Shown here one piece after another: positions 1 through 9,514 of a stretch of DNA of 64,000 bases; within the stretch, counting starts at the first letter, position 1, and every line of letters starts with the position of its first letter. This DNA comes from a virus, in the IMG/VR virus record IMGVR_UViG_3300031519_000002; one strand, written 5' to 3'. The notes below the pieces were generated by a model. That model searched no databases. It was not told the origin of the DNA and saw only the letters and a list, made by a program, of their open reading frames with translations. The position numbers were made by a program, and so were the translations under genes.

Positions 1-40
1 GTGGCATTGCCACACTCGTATAGTAATGCCCATTATAGGT

Positions 41-283
41 TTACTGCGTTACTGCTTTTGCTTTAGCTCGTGCTTCGCGTTGCTTAATAGCAGTTGGCGT
101 CATACTTAGTTCGCCTTTTTTCTTGCCACCAGTTTTGGCCGGTGCTTTGGCTTTGGCTTTAGCTTTGGCTGGTGCTTTTGCTTTAGCTTTAGCTGGTGCT
201 TTTGCTTTTACTTCAGTTACTGGGCGTTCTTCTACTTCGTCAATCACACTCCAACCGAACATACCTTTGATCCAATTTAGCAT
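41..283 (-). CDS. Small basic protein with Lys/Ala/Pro (AKAKAPAK) repeats, histone H1/Hc2-like composition
   Basis: 80 aa ORF with SD-like AAGGAG upstream; KAKAPAKAKAKAPAKAKAKAKAPAK tract. Confidence 0.7.
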   Translation of the reverse strand: MLNWIKGMFGWSVIDEVEERPVTEVKAKAPAKAKAKAPAKAKAKAKAPAKTGGKKKGELSMTPTAIKQREARAKAKAVTQ

Positions 284-295
284 ACTTTACTCCTT

Positions 296-652
296 TTATT
301 TTTTAGTTTCGGTGCCACTAGTACGACGAACAATATCATCGTGATTAAATTCAGCCCAGTATAGTTCAAAAGCGACACCGTCTTCTAAACCTTCAAACTG
401 GTGAATCTTGCCTGGCTTCACTTGCGTAAAGTCTCCTGCTTCAAGAATAGTTTCATCAACTAGTCCTTGATCATCTTGCCAAACTCGAACAATCATCTTG
501 CCCGATTCAACAAAGAATCCGTTCCATTTAAATTCATGCTCGTGTTCTGAACATTTGTATCCTGCTTTGTATTCAATACGGTGAAACTCTAGTACACCGT
601 TTGCGTGAACCAACTCTGTTGATCCCCAAATTTTTCCTGCTTTGATTCCCAT
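296..652 (-). CDS. Cupin-domain protein (sugar isomerase-like)
   Basis: Cupin motifs CSEHEH..K.NGFFVESG and PGKIHQF; start moved to the ATG at 652, just after the upstream stop. Confidence 0.8.
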   Translation of the reverse strand: MGIKAGKIWGSTELVHANGVLEFHRIEYKAGYKCSEHEHEFKWNGFFVESGKMIVRVWQDDQGLVDETILEAGDFTQVKPGKIHQFEGLEDGVAFELYWAEFNHDDIVRRTSGTETKK

Positions 653-653
653 C

Positions 654-1160
654 TTACAATAATTCTCCATATTTAATTACTTCTGTTTGTCTTGTGATGT
701 CTTTAATGAAAAATGCACATAGTGGTTCATCACATGTTTCAAGTGGGATGCTTAGTAGCTGTCCGTTCCGCATTTTAGGGAAGTACCACTTCACATCATT
801 ATAATAATTAATTACCTGCACTTCAGCAAATTCTGCCTTAAAGCTGGCCATAGGATTAAACAAAAATGCTTCAAATCCTCTATCGCCAATACTTGTTAGT
901 GGCAAGATTTCTAAATCGTTTCCGCTGTCACTACATCCAACAGCAATATGCCAGTCAATTGGCATTTGTACTTCTACTGTGCCAATCCTCAATACTACAC
1001 TAGGTGAACTAAATGATTCTAAAAAGATCAACGGTATAAAAAAGAAATCAGGAACATCAGGATTGCTGTTATCCAGTACACTAAATCTTATGTCTTCTTC
1101 AATTGTGTCTGGTAATGTGTTTAAGTCCAGCGCCTTATTTTCTAATGTTAAAATTTGCAT
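654..1160 (-). CDS. Hypothetical phage protein
   Basis: 168 aa ORF tightly packed between helicase and cupin genes. Confidence 0.75.
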   Translation of the reverse strand: MQILTLENKALDLNTLPDTIEEDIRFSVLDNSNPDVPDFFFIPLIFLESFSSPSVVLRIGTVEVQMPIDWHIAVGCSDSGNDLEILPLTSIGDRGFEAFLFNPMASFKAEFAEVQVINYYNDVKWYFPKMRNGQLLSIPLETCDEPLCAFFIKDITRQTEVIKYGELL

Positions 1161-1163
1161 AAT

Positions 1164-2627
1164 TTAATTCCAGTCTATTTTTTCGATTGTAAACGGGTAC
1201 TCTGCTTCTTTGTAAAATTTCTTACGCTGAGTTAGATGTCGCTTCGCGTACTTGCATGTTGATGTCAAGTCCCATATTTGTACGAAGTCTTTGTCTTTCG
1301 CAATACGAACTCCACGTCCGATTGATTGTATTACTCTTACGAAACTCTTTCCAGGCTCAAGCAGAACCATGTTAAAGATGCGTGGTATATTAAGGCCTAC
1401 TGCCGCAACACCGTATGTCGCAATAATAACTTCATTAGTGCCTTCTTTAATTGTGTCGTAAGTTTGTTTCCTGTCCTTTACTTTTACTGCACCGCTTACA
1501 AACGTGCTGTTAGGTATTAGTTCTGCTAACATTTGTCCTGCACTAATCCTGTCTACTAGTATTAGCGTGTTACCTGATTGCGAAACTTGATTCATCATTT
1601 TAGCAATATATGTTAGTCTTGCTTCATTTGTTGTTAGATACTTTAGTTCGCTTTGGTAATCACTGTGTGCCACTGTGTCTATTAGTTGACATACGTTAAC
1701 ATGACATTTTGATAATACACCTTTGTCTTGTAATGACTTAGCACTGATGCTACCAATTACTGGACCTAGACTTGCATGAATACTTTCAAACTCAAACTTC
1801 TCTCTAGGCACAGTGCCTGTTAGTCCCCAACGTATTGGAGCATTCTTTAAGTTGCGAGTAAGCAAGTTCTTAAGAACTTCTGCTTTTGCCATGTGTACTT
1901 CGTCGACAATAACTGTGCTTACACCATCTAGAAACTCTGCTAGTGATAACACTGCTGAGCCATCCTTGTGCTTCTTGTCAAGTATATTTAAACTTTGCCA
2001 AGTGCAAATAGTGTGAGTCTTACCTAGGTTCTTTCTGTCGCCGAAGTACACACCAACATCAAGCCCACAGTTAATATAGTCTTCTTCAGTTTGTTCTACT
2101 AACGACTTGTTAGGAACAATAACTAGACTACGACCGTAAGGCTCAGTTATATGTGATAAGGTTGCTGTGGTAATTGTTTTACCTGCGCCAGTAGCAATCT
2201 GTTGCAGGCTTTGCGGGTTATCAAGGAAGTTGTTAATAGCTTCCACTTGATAGTCACGCAATATAATTTCAGTGCCTTCTACAGGATGCCCTTCAGGCCA
2301 TACTACACCTTGGTCTGCCCAATAGCGTTCTGTAACAGGAGTAAAGTCTAAACTAATAGGATGCCTGCGATCATCAATAGCTGTAATTTGCACATCATTG
2401 CGTTCTAGTACTCCTTGTACTACGTCAAGATGGTTGACATATCCTGTGCCGCCAATACCAAAGAAAGCAACCTTGCCATCCCATCGTCCTAGCTTATACT
2501 GAGGCATGTGCTTTGCATACGGCACTTCGAACTTTAGTGCGGCTGAAATCTTGCGCCGCATGTCTACATCAAGTCCTTCTAACTTAATGTTTACTTCATC
2601 TTCAATAATTAATTTACACGAACGCAC
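1164..2627 (-). CDS. uvsW: UvsW-like superfamily 2 DNA helicase
   Basis: LRDYQ Q-motif, ATGAGKT Walker A, DEVH, LTGT, QSIGRGVR; likely GTG start at 2627 with GAGAGGA upstream. Confidence 0.92.
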   Translation of the reverse strand: MRSCKLIIEDEVNIKLEGLDVDMRRKISAALKFEVPYAKHMPQYKLGRWDGKVAFFGIGGTGYVNHLDVVQGVLERNDVQITAIDDRRHPISLDFTPVTERYWADQGVVWPEGHPVEGTEIILRDYQVEAINNFLDNPQSLQQIATGAGKTITTATLSHITEPYGRSLVIVPNKSLVEQTEEDYINCGLDVGVYFGDRKNLGKTHTICTWQSLNILDKKHKDGSAVLSLAEFLDGVSTVIVDEVHMAKAEVLKNLLTRNLKNAPIRWGLTGTVPREKFEFESIHASLGPVIGSISAKSLQDKGVLSKCHVNVCQLIDTVAHSDYQSELKYLTTNEARLTYIAKMMNQVSQSGNTLILVDRISAGQMLAELIPNSTFVSGAVKVKDRKQTYDTIKEGTNEVIIATYGVAAVGLNIPRIFNMVLLEPGKSFVRVIQSIGRGVRIAKDKDFVQIWDLTSTCKYAKRHLTQRKKFYKEAEYPFTIEKIDWN

Positions 2628-3849
2628 GTATGTATTTCCTCTCGTTTCGATCCCAAAGTCCACCAACTGCAATATTGTCATATACTATACGCAGATCGGT
2701 GTGTTCTGCATACTGTGATACGTTATTAAAAGTTAACTGCATAGTTTCAAATGACACTGTACAGCTAGGAACCCATTGGGATTTTAGTATTGGCTTAGGT
2801 AACTTGTTATTACTAATATACACTACTTTTGTATTTTTGTCAAGAGGATTATTTAAATTCTCCTTCTTAATGTATTCATTAAACGGATCAGCACCGTCCT
2901 TTCTAAACCATACAGTCATTTGTTCACTAGGCAAAATATACTTGAGTGCGCTGTGCATTGCTAATAGCTGATCGCTGGCTTTGTTGGGAGTTAACACTAC
3001 TAGTATTGGAAATCTATTAATTTCTAATAATGCAGATGCAACAGTGTCCAATGTTGTTTGTTTTTTATCTATAAGAAAAACTGCATGATCTCTATTAATA
3101 ATTTGTTGTGATAGCGTACTATAGCTTTGAACACTTGGCTCAACATTATTCATATCAAAATAATGCAATCCGTACAAGTAGCGTCTTTCGTAGTACAATG
3201 CTAAGGTGTCTTTTGTACATTCGCCTAATGTTTCTGTTAATGTATTAACAGCGTCTTGTGGAATATTTTTAATATCATATCCATATACTCCGGGAATGTA
3301 ATCAGCTTTATTATCTTCATATATTAATAACTGATTATAGATTTCAATAATGTCGTCATGTATAACAAACTTAGTTTCAAATCTATTTGCAATTTCAACT
3401 AACTTAAACACGTTACTTGGAGTAAAAGGAAAACAATGTGTGTTGTCTTTATACGAGTGTTCGTTTATGTTTAAATGGTCTATTCCGCGAAGTTCTTCAA
3501 TGCGACTAATAATCTTTTTTGAGAAAGGAAATCTAATGCCAAGTACAGCCTCATCTTTGTAATCTAGTATTTTAAGCCAATGCGATCTGTCAATCTCTCG
3601 CAACTCGTGCTTTAATTGACTGGCCGCATATGCAACATTGACATCTCTTTTTTCAAATTGATCAATGTATTGAAGTAGTTTAGTTTTAACTAACTCATAC
3701 TGCCTATCAGTCAATGCTATTTGCTTTCTTAACTGATTGTTAATACTATTCAATATACCTATGTCAGATTTATCAATTACAAATTCTTCATCAGGAAATA
3801 GTAAGTATGCTAAACAGTCTTCGCATGTGAGTGGTTTTTCTATTGTCAT
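2614..3849 (-). CDS. Hypothetical phage protein upstream of helicase
   Basis: 411 aa ORF with a sigma70 promoter directly upstream. Confidence 0.75.
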   Translation of the reverse strand: MTIEKPLTCEDCLAYLLFPDEEFVIDKSDIGILNSINNQLRKQIALTDRQYELVKTKLLQYIDQFEKRDVNVAYAASQLKHELREIDRSHWLKILDYKDEAVLGIRFPFSKKIISRIEELRGIDHLNINEHSYKDNTHCFPFTPSNVFKLVEIANRFETKFVIHDDIIEIYNQLLIYEDNKADYIPGVYGYDIKNIPQDAVNTLTETLGECTKDTLALYYERRYLYGLHYFDMNNVEPSVQSYSTLSQQIINRDHAVFLIDKKQTTLDTVASALLEINRFPILVVLTPNKASDQLLAMHSALKYILPSEQMTVWFRKDGADPFNEYIKKENLNNPLDKNTKVVYISNNKLPKPILKSQWVPSCTVSFETMQLTFNNVSQYAEHTDLRIVYDNIAVGGLWDRNERKYIRAFV

Positions 3850-3856
3850 ACTTACT

Positions 3857-3885
3857 ATTATACATGATTATAACTTAGAAGTCAA
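3857..3885 (-). promoter_or_regulatory. Sigma70-type early promoter, probably leaderless
   Basis: TTGACT-N17-TATAAT, then 7 nt to the ATG at 3849. Confidence 0.8.
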
Positions 3886-4743
3886 GTGTTTAAGTGGAAT
3901 TCCTTGAGATATTTCTTCAAGTGTATATTCAGTATGTGCGTAATCGTTAAGCCATTGTTGTCTGTCTGGCATTATTGGATTCTCAATATCGTGCATGAAG
4001 TCTATGTCGTTAGCAACGTCATACGCTAACGAGCTGGTGCCTACAAACGCTGGAATGCCGTTAATGATACTATGCACACCCGGGTTGCTAGAGTAGCTTA
4101 CAGTAGCATGTACGTTGTCAAATCCCATGTCAAAGTCATCGTAACTGTTTGGCAGTTGTACTGGTTGTTGTCTATAAACATTTTTAAATTCGTTTTCAAT
4201 AGTCGGTAACGGGCATCTAGGATGTGGTCGGAATAGTATAGGGCGTTTACTGTGTGTTCGAATAGTATCAATAGTGTTCATCAGCCATTGGCTCATGCTA
4301 GGCATACCTTGCCATTGCAGGCTCTTATCGTGTTGTCCTGTTATAAGAATAAACTCTCCACTAGTACGCCAAGGCTTTAGTTTTAACCCCAGTGATAATA
4401 AGCGAGTATCATCATTCCTATCAGGCCCAAAAAAAGCATCTCTATTAATCCCATTTAGTCCTACCTTCCATGTTGTACCTCTGTTAATGCCACCAACTTC
4501 TAACACTATAACAGGCTTATTTAATAATCTGTTTTGTTCCCATACATCCTTGTTCTTTGCCATCCGTCCGTGCCAAAGCACACTCCATATGACAGCAACA
4601 TCATAATTGTCATAATGACCAAAAACCTGGTAAGGCTCATTATACACAACACTATGTCCTGCATCAACTAAACTTTTAGCAAATGCTTCAAACACAGGCT
4701 TACTATTAAGGGCACCGTGATTAGTATATAAACTAAATCTCAT
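3868..4743 (-). CDS. Putative GT-B glycosyltransferase, KpsS/KpsC capsule-synthesis-like
   Basis: GQHDKSLQ, FRPHP, SSNPGVHSIINGIP motifs. Confidence 0.6.
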   Translation of the reverse strand: MRFSLYTNHGALNSKPVFEAFAKSLVDAGHSVVYNEPYQVFGHYDNYDVAVIWSVLWHGRMAKNKDVWEQNRLLNKPVIVLEVGGINRGTTWKVGLNGINRDAFFGPDRNDDTRLLSLGLKLKPWRTSGEFILITGQHDKSLQWQGMPSMSQWLMNTIDTIRTHSKRPILFRPHPRCPLPTIENEFKNVYRQQPVQLPNSYDDFDMGFDNVHATVSYSSNPGVHSIINGIPAFVGTSSLAYDVANDIDFMHDIENPIMPDRQQWLNDYAHTEYTLEEISQGIPLKHLTSKL

Positions 4744-5581
4744 TCCAATATGTTTCCGTACGTTGAACTGTAATATCTTTCTTTTGTGACTTGCCTGTAT
4801 CCTTACGGCCGCCTTTCATATGATCAATCCATTTACCTAACGGTCCGTTAATTAACGGATGACCGCCACCGCCTGACTTAGCTTCACGCAAATACATATC
4901 TGCTGAGTAGTCAAGGAAGTTAGGACTAATTGGTTTTAGATTTTCTAAAATCTTTCCAAACACATAACTGTCATGCCATTCTTCTAGTTCAAAAATACCA
5001 TTATCGGCATCTTCATAATAACGTTCAAATTCTTTTAAGAACTGTATACACACAGGATGGTTTAAGTTTAATCCGTAAAACCCGCACTCGGGCCATGTCT
5101 GTGAGCCTTTCCCCCTACCAACATATGTAATCCACTTGTCGTCTGGCAATAGGTCCGCAAAGTCTTCGTAAGTCCAATTACTGTGTACAAATGTATCTGC
5201 ATCCATCCATACAACCCAGTCGGTTCCATTTTCGCAAGCGTCAAATACTGCATACACTTTGTTAGCAAAACGCACTGCGTCCCACTTAAATTCTTTGTGC
5301 CAATCACGAGGGCGCCGTGCTTTGATATCATCTGGTGGAATGCCATTAGCTTTTGGATCATTGCCCCAACGTGCTTTGAAAGCATTTAGTTTGGGTAATA
5401 CTTGCTTTGCATCTAATATTTGAATTTGCTCTGTATTAGGATTATCAGGTGTACAATCTTCTGCATACACAATTAATTTAATCCTATCGTCAACACTTTC
5501 AGCAAAACTATTAATCATACGTTGTCCGTATTTTTCTAATCCAGGTTGATGAAATGTTGTTAATACTGTTATATTTTTCAT
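4733..5581 (-). CDS. GT-A fold glycosyltransferase
   Basis: VWMDADTF (DxD) after RFANKVYA; start MKNITV overlaps the upstream stop. Confidence 0.7.
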   Translation of the reverse strand: MKNITVLTTFHQPGLEKYGQRMINSFAESVDDRIKLIVYAEDCTPDNPNTEQIQILDAKQVLPKLNAFKARWGNDPKANGIPPDDIKARRPRDWHKEFKWDAVRFANKVYAVFDACENGTDWVVWMDADTFVHSNWTYEDFADLLPDDKWITYVGRGKGSQTWPECGFYGLNLNHPVCIQFLKEFERYYEDADNGIFELEEWHDSYVFGKILENLKPISPNFLDYSADMYLREAKSGGGGHPLINGPLGKWIDHMKGGRKDTGKSQKKDITVQRTETYWNEI

Positions 5582-6519
5582 TGGTAAGCCCACTCTCTCA
5601 TATGTTTCCAGCACTCTCCTGAGCGCACTTCGTCTAATCTCCAATGCATCATTGACAGTCTACGCAACCACGCTTCTCTATCAAATTCGTAAATGGGGTC
5701 ATCTATTCTAGTTAGGTCAGTGTTTGCAACCTCAGATGCTTGACTTCTATTAGGATCCAATACAAAGATCGGAACACCTTCAATTGCCGCAACTACTGCC
5801 GGACTGCTGTTGTAACTTACAACACAATATGCATCGTGTAAATCTTTTAATAACGAACTTGTAGGCGATGACACGTCTACTTTATGTCCGATTGCTTTTA
5901 ATTGTTGTACATGCTTTATAGCTTTTTTATCACCTGGATGAAATCTTACAACTATTTTTCTGTCACTTGTTTTTCTTATTTTAATGATTAATAAGTGCAA
6001 CCAATTAATAAGTGCAACTCCGTCCATACTCCATCCACCGTCTCGTTGACAAGTAATTAAAATATAGTCACCATATTTTTTCCAAGGTTTTATCGCAAGT
6101 CCTAAATTATCTCTTAACTCTGCCCAGCGTCGAGGATAAATTTTACTATCACAATATTCGCCAGTAGTTGGAAAGATACCGTCATAACTATATCTCAAAT
6201 ATGTTTTTGTATTGCCTTTATCGTAAGCAAGAAATAAATTACTATCAGCAATAATAGTACGTCTGCCAATTTCTTGCTGTCCTTGTAGCACCGCTCTTCT
6301 TAAATTTAAGTGCGGTACATGTTTACTTTCTGGATGCACAAAGCCTTGCAATATAGCAACGTCTGAAGGCTGATAAGTAGTTGAATTAATAACTTGTCCC
6401 TTATCTCCTTGCGCATGTACTCCTTCAATAAAGTATTCTAATAGCTTGGGCTTCTCTGGATTTTTATTACCAGGTGGAATAGCCGCCATATACGCATTAA
6501 CTTTAAACGGATTAGTCAT
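5578..6519 (-). CDS. Putative GT-B glycosyltransferase, KpsS/KpsC-like
   Basis: VRFHP and NSSPAVVAAIEGVP motifs; paralog of 3868-4743. Confidence 0.6.
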   Translation of the reverse strand: MTNPFKVNAYMAAIPPGNKNPEKPKLLEYFIEGVHAQGDKGQVINSTTYQPSDVAILQGFVHPESKHVPHLNLRRAVLQGQQEIGRRTIIADSNLFLAYDKGNTKTYLRYSYDGIFPTTGEYCDSKIYPRRWAELRDNLGLAIKPWKKYGDYILITCQRDGGWSMDGVALINWLHLLIIKIRKTSDRKIVVRFHPGDKKAIKHVQQLKAIGHKVDVSSPTSSLLKDLHDAYCVVSYNSSPAVVAAIEGVPIFVLDPNRSQASEVANTDLTRIDDPIYEFDREAWLRRLSMMHWRLDEVRSGECWKHMREWAYQ

Positions 6520-7381
6520 GCAATTTCATCCTCTCGATCATATTATATGCTGTACCGTTAGACATCTCTTCTAAGTTGTATTGACAGTATGCAAGATAGT
6601 GTAATACATTTCTAAACTCTGCAGATGTTGGATACTTAGGGGTTTCAATATCAGCTAAGTCTCTGTTTGCTACTGAGTCAACACAACTAGGAGCCATTGT
6701 AAATGCAGGAATACCGTAATGTATTGCTTCTAGTGCGGCCATACTTTGATATGTAACTACAGAGTGAATTCTTTCTCTATAACACTGTGCGGCAACACTA
6801 TTATCTTTAATTCTAGCAGGCCGTAATCCCTTTTCACGTATGATAATTGGTCTGTCAGTATGTTTCTTAAGCGTAGCAATAGTTTCTTTAAGCCACGTAT
6901 CTTTTTCAATTTTGTAAAACTGACACGGTTTTTCGCTCGGTGTAACTATTAAAATTGCACCGTCTTGATATGCAGGATCTTTGCGTCCATGATACAGCAT
7001 GTATGGTGCAAAATCACAAAGTGCATTATATCTGTCCGAAGGCATGTCGGGTTTAATTTTTGTATGTTGAATATTATTTTTAACAATTCTATAAAAATGT
7101 TTCTTCTTCATTAAATTGCCCATGTATCCATTATCAATATAATAGAAAGGTCTACCAGTTTCCCAACATTTCCAAATCTCTTTACGCTTGGTCATGCTTC
7201 TGAACGATACCGGAATATTATTGTCCCAAGGAGACTCTGAAATTTTACTACTGATTTCTTTTCTGTCAATGGTAATAGCCCCAGTACCTGCTTTCCAATG
7301 CTTCATAATCTCATCATCGTCGTTTAGCATTAACATCTTAGGTGGTACTGTGTCGTCTGGTTTCTTTACATACCTATTCAT
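6512..7381 (-). CDS. Putative GT-B glycosyltransferase, KpsS/KpsC-like
   Basis: YIDNGY, IIREK, SMAALEAIHYGIP; paralog of 18113-18886. Confidence 0.55.
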   Translation of the reverse strand: MNRYVKKPDDTVPPKMLMLNDDDEIMKHWKAGTGAITIDRKEISSKISESPWDNNIPVSFRSMTKRKEIWKCWETGRPFYYIDNGYMGNLMKKKHFYRIVKNNIQHTKIKPDMPSDRYNALCDFAPYMLYHGRKDPAYQDGAILIVTPSEKPCQFYKIEKDTWLKETIATLKKHTDRPIIIREKGLRPARIKDNSVAAQCYRERIHSVVTYQSMAALEAIHYGIPAFTMAPSCVDSVANRDLADIETPKYPTSAEFRNVLHYLAYCQYNLEEMSNGTAYNMIERMKLHD

Positions 7382-8057
7382 TCATCATATCCTGTAGTTC
7401 CTGTTTCCATTCTTTGTTATATTCACAGTCCCTGTAGTTTTCAAACCAAGGGCCGCCTTCTGTGTAGTGTAATAGTTTTGGTGTACCATCCTTTGGCTCT
7501 TCGTAGTGTCCTACTAACCAATTCCATTCAGGTGATATCTCACCAATTAAGTCATCACTTTCTAGCCAACTAAATCTGTGAAAGTATGCTCCGTTAAGTT
7601 CTTTCTCATTTACTAAGTCAATGTTAAGTCTTTTGTTAGCAGGATGGCCGCAGTTAATAAGCATCATACTAGACCAATTTTTACGTGGATAAACTGTTTG
7701 TCGTTGTCCATCCATCTTCGTAGCTTCTTTAGGTGCGTAGTCGTGTTGTACACACATAACCGCTTTTGTATCATCTGCTTGTGCAAACAACTCTGTAATA
7801 TCTGTTCTAAGCAACATGTCGCAATCCATAAATACTGCCCAGCCACTAAAGTTAGCAAGTTCAGGAACTAAAAAACGAGTAAATGTAAATTCAGTACTAG
7901 CAAGTTTGTCCGGCGATCTTGAATACCAGCCTTGGCGTTTAAGATCATTTTGCTTCAGCGGTTTGACTTCAGCGGTTGGACTGTGCCTAAGTATACTATG
8001 TTTGCACACTTGGTATGCCATATCTTCTCTTGTGTCGTAACCTACAAATACTTTCAT
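7374..8057 (-). CDS. GT8-like glycosyltransferase
   Basis: STEFTFTRF, FMDCDML, RKNWSS, LHYTEGGPWF. Confidence 0.8.
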   Translation of the reverse strand: MKVFVGYDTREDMAYQVCKHSILRHSPTAEVKPLKQNDLKRQGWYSRSPDKLASTEFTFTRFLVPELANFSGWAVFMDCDMLLRTDITELFAQADDTKAVMCVQHDYAPKEATKMDGQRQTVYPRKNWSSMMLINCGHPANKRLNIDLVNEKELNGAYFHRFSWLESDDLIGEISPEWNWLVGHYEEPKDGTPKLLHYTEGGPWFENYRDCEYNKEWKQELQDMMNE

Positions 8058-8818
8058 GTGTTTCTTCTTTCTATATCTTCTTCAATGCACTCACTGCCCC
8101 ATTGTATTTCAAGGATGTGTGCGTTTTCTGTACCAGTGTTAGATGCTAAGTGCCAAACTTCTTTGCCTATTTCATAAGGCATACCGTGTTGCTTTAACTG
8201 TAAATCACCTGTCTGGCCGTTCCATTCAGTCTTCATATCGACTACGCCTTCAAGCACTATCCATTGCTCTGAACGTTTAAAATGTTTTTGATCACTAAGT
8301 GATTTGCCTGGATATATTACAAGTTCTTTTACTTTGTACCCTTGCGCAGGCTTGTGATCTAGCACACGCCAGTAACCCCAATCACGCTCAGTCTTTTGTG
8401 TTTTCCATTCGTCTAGTATCCAGCTTGAACTGTTAGCTTTGTTTTCTCCACCGACACCAAATACAAACTCTACACCTTCAACTGCCATCTCGGGAATGTT
8501 CTCAGAGGTTCGATCGCCGCCATTGGCAAATATTATTTTATCGTTGGGATAGTGTGCTTTAACTTGTTTTATAAAATTTATAGCAGAATCATCATCGTCC
8601 ATAAATGTAAAAACTTCGTCTACCATTTGTAAGTTGTTTACAATGCATAGGCGTTCATTCCAAGGCATAAATGCCCTGCCCTTCTTACGCTCAAGCCATT
8701 CGTCTGAATTTAGGCCAACGATTAATCGATCGCCTAATTTCTTTGCTTCTTTAAAATATTTAACATGGCCGCTATGTAGTGGGTCAAATCCACCTGTGAC
8801 TAATACTACTTTGTTCAT
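8054..8818 (-). CDS. HxGH cytidylyl/adenylyltransferase fused to mannose-6-phosphate-isomerase-type cupin
   Basis: GGFDPLHSGH and FANGGDR; C-terminal R.WG, VKELVIYPGKSLSDQKH. Confidence 0.85.
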   Translation of the reverse strand: MNKVVLVTGGFDPLHSGHVKYFKEAKKLGDRLIVGLNSDEWLERKKGRAFMPWNERLCIVNNLQMVDEVFTFMDDDDSAINFIKQVKAHYPNDKIIFANGGDRTSENIPEMAVEGVEFVFGVGGENKANSSSWILDEWKTQKTERDWGYWRVLDHKPAQGYKVKELVIYPGKSLSDQKHFKRSEQWIVLEGVVDMKTEWNGQTGDLQLKQHGMPYEIGKEVWHLASNTGTENAHILEIQWGSECIEEDIERRNT

Positions 8819-8823
8819 ATAGA

Positions 8824-8830
8824 TATTTAT
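8824..8830 (-). promoter_or_regulatory. T4-like late promoter, leaderless spacing
   Basis: ATAAATA-tctat-ATG. Confidence 0.7.
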
Positions 8831-8866
8831 GTATGCATTTAATTAAGACTTTGTAAAATGGTAAAT

Positions 8867-9514
8867 TTAAAATTGATATTTGTAAGTATTAATATCTTTT
8901 TTATACATTTTGTATACTGTATCAATGAGTTCAGACGTGTAATATTCTTGATATTGTATTCTACTTTTTGTTTTATTTTTAACTGGCAAAGGTGTATAAC
9001 AGTTTAATTTCTCTTGTATCTTTACAAAATCTTCGTTAATGTTTTCTAACTTCATTACATAATCACAGCTACTAGCCCACTCACTTTGCATCATATGTAA
9101 GTATCTATGATTGTGTGCATTTTCAATAAAATGTTTAATGCCAGTATCTTGTAAATGTTTCAAACGCATCTGCTGAAACTTTAGGTTATATTTTTCTTTT
9201 GTAGGATGTTTCCATTTAGTATCTGTTTCACATCTATATATGTTTTGCTTACACAGTCTTATTTCAAATGTATACCAACTAACTACATAGTCCCAAGGGT
9301 TTCTTACTACACAAAACTTCCATCCAAGATCTTGCATTTGCATGGGACCTAAACTATGATTGCCCTCAAGTACTTCTTGTACAGTAGCATGTTGATTTCT
9401 TTTTGTTACTTTTGTTGTTGCAGTTTGTTTAAGCCAAGACGTAATACTATTGCCGGCTGTTTTAGGAATGTGGATGTATGTACAGTTAATAGGGTGTGTT
9501 ACTCTTACAGCCAT
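8867..9514 (-). CDS. Sulfotransferase family protein
   Basis: PAPS-binding motifs HIPKTAGNS and VRNPWD..VSWY. Confidence 0.8.
   Translation of the reverse strand: MAVRVTHPINCTYIHIPKTAGNSITSWLKQTATTKVTKRNQHATVQEVLEGNHSLGPMQMQDLGWKFCVVRNPWDYVVSWYTFEIRLCKQNIYRCETDTKWKHPTKEKYNLKFQQMRLKHLQDTGIKHFIENAHNHRYLHMMQSEWASSCDYVMKLENINEDFVKIQEKLNCYTPLPVKNKTKSRIQYQEYYTSELIDTVYKMYKKDINTYKYQF

Noticed and set aside
1-33. Possible start of a further minus-strand gene (MGITIRVWQCH...)
   Set aside because: Only 11 codons lie in the window, too few to support a call
1164-2627. Intein or intron in UvsW (also checked terminase and UvsX)
   Set aside because: Conserved motifs are contiguous and lengths are normal
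2628-2681. N-terminal extensions given by the ORF track (also at 5644, 17491, 18946, 36309, 38906, 40921, 54049)
   Set aside because: They overlap upstream genes or promoters; downstream starts have SD or promoter support, or sit at stop/start junctions
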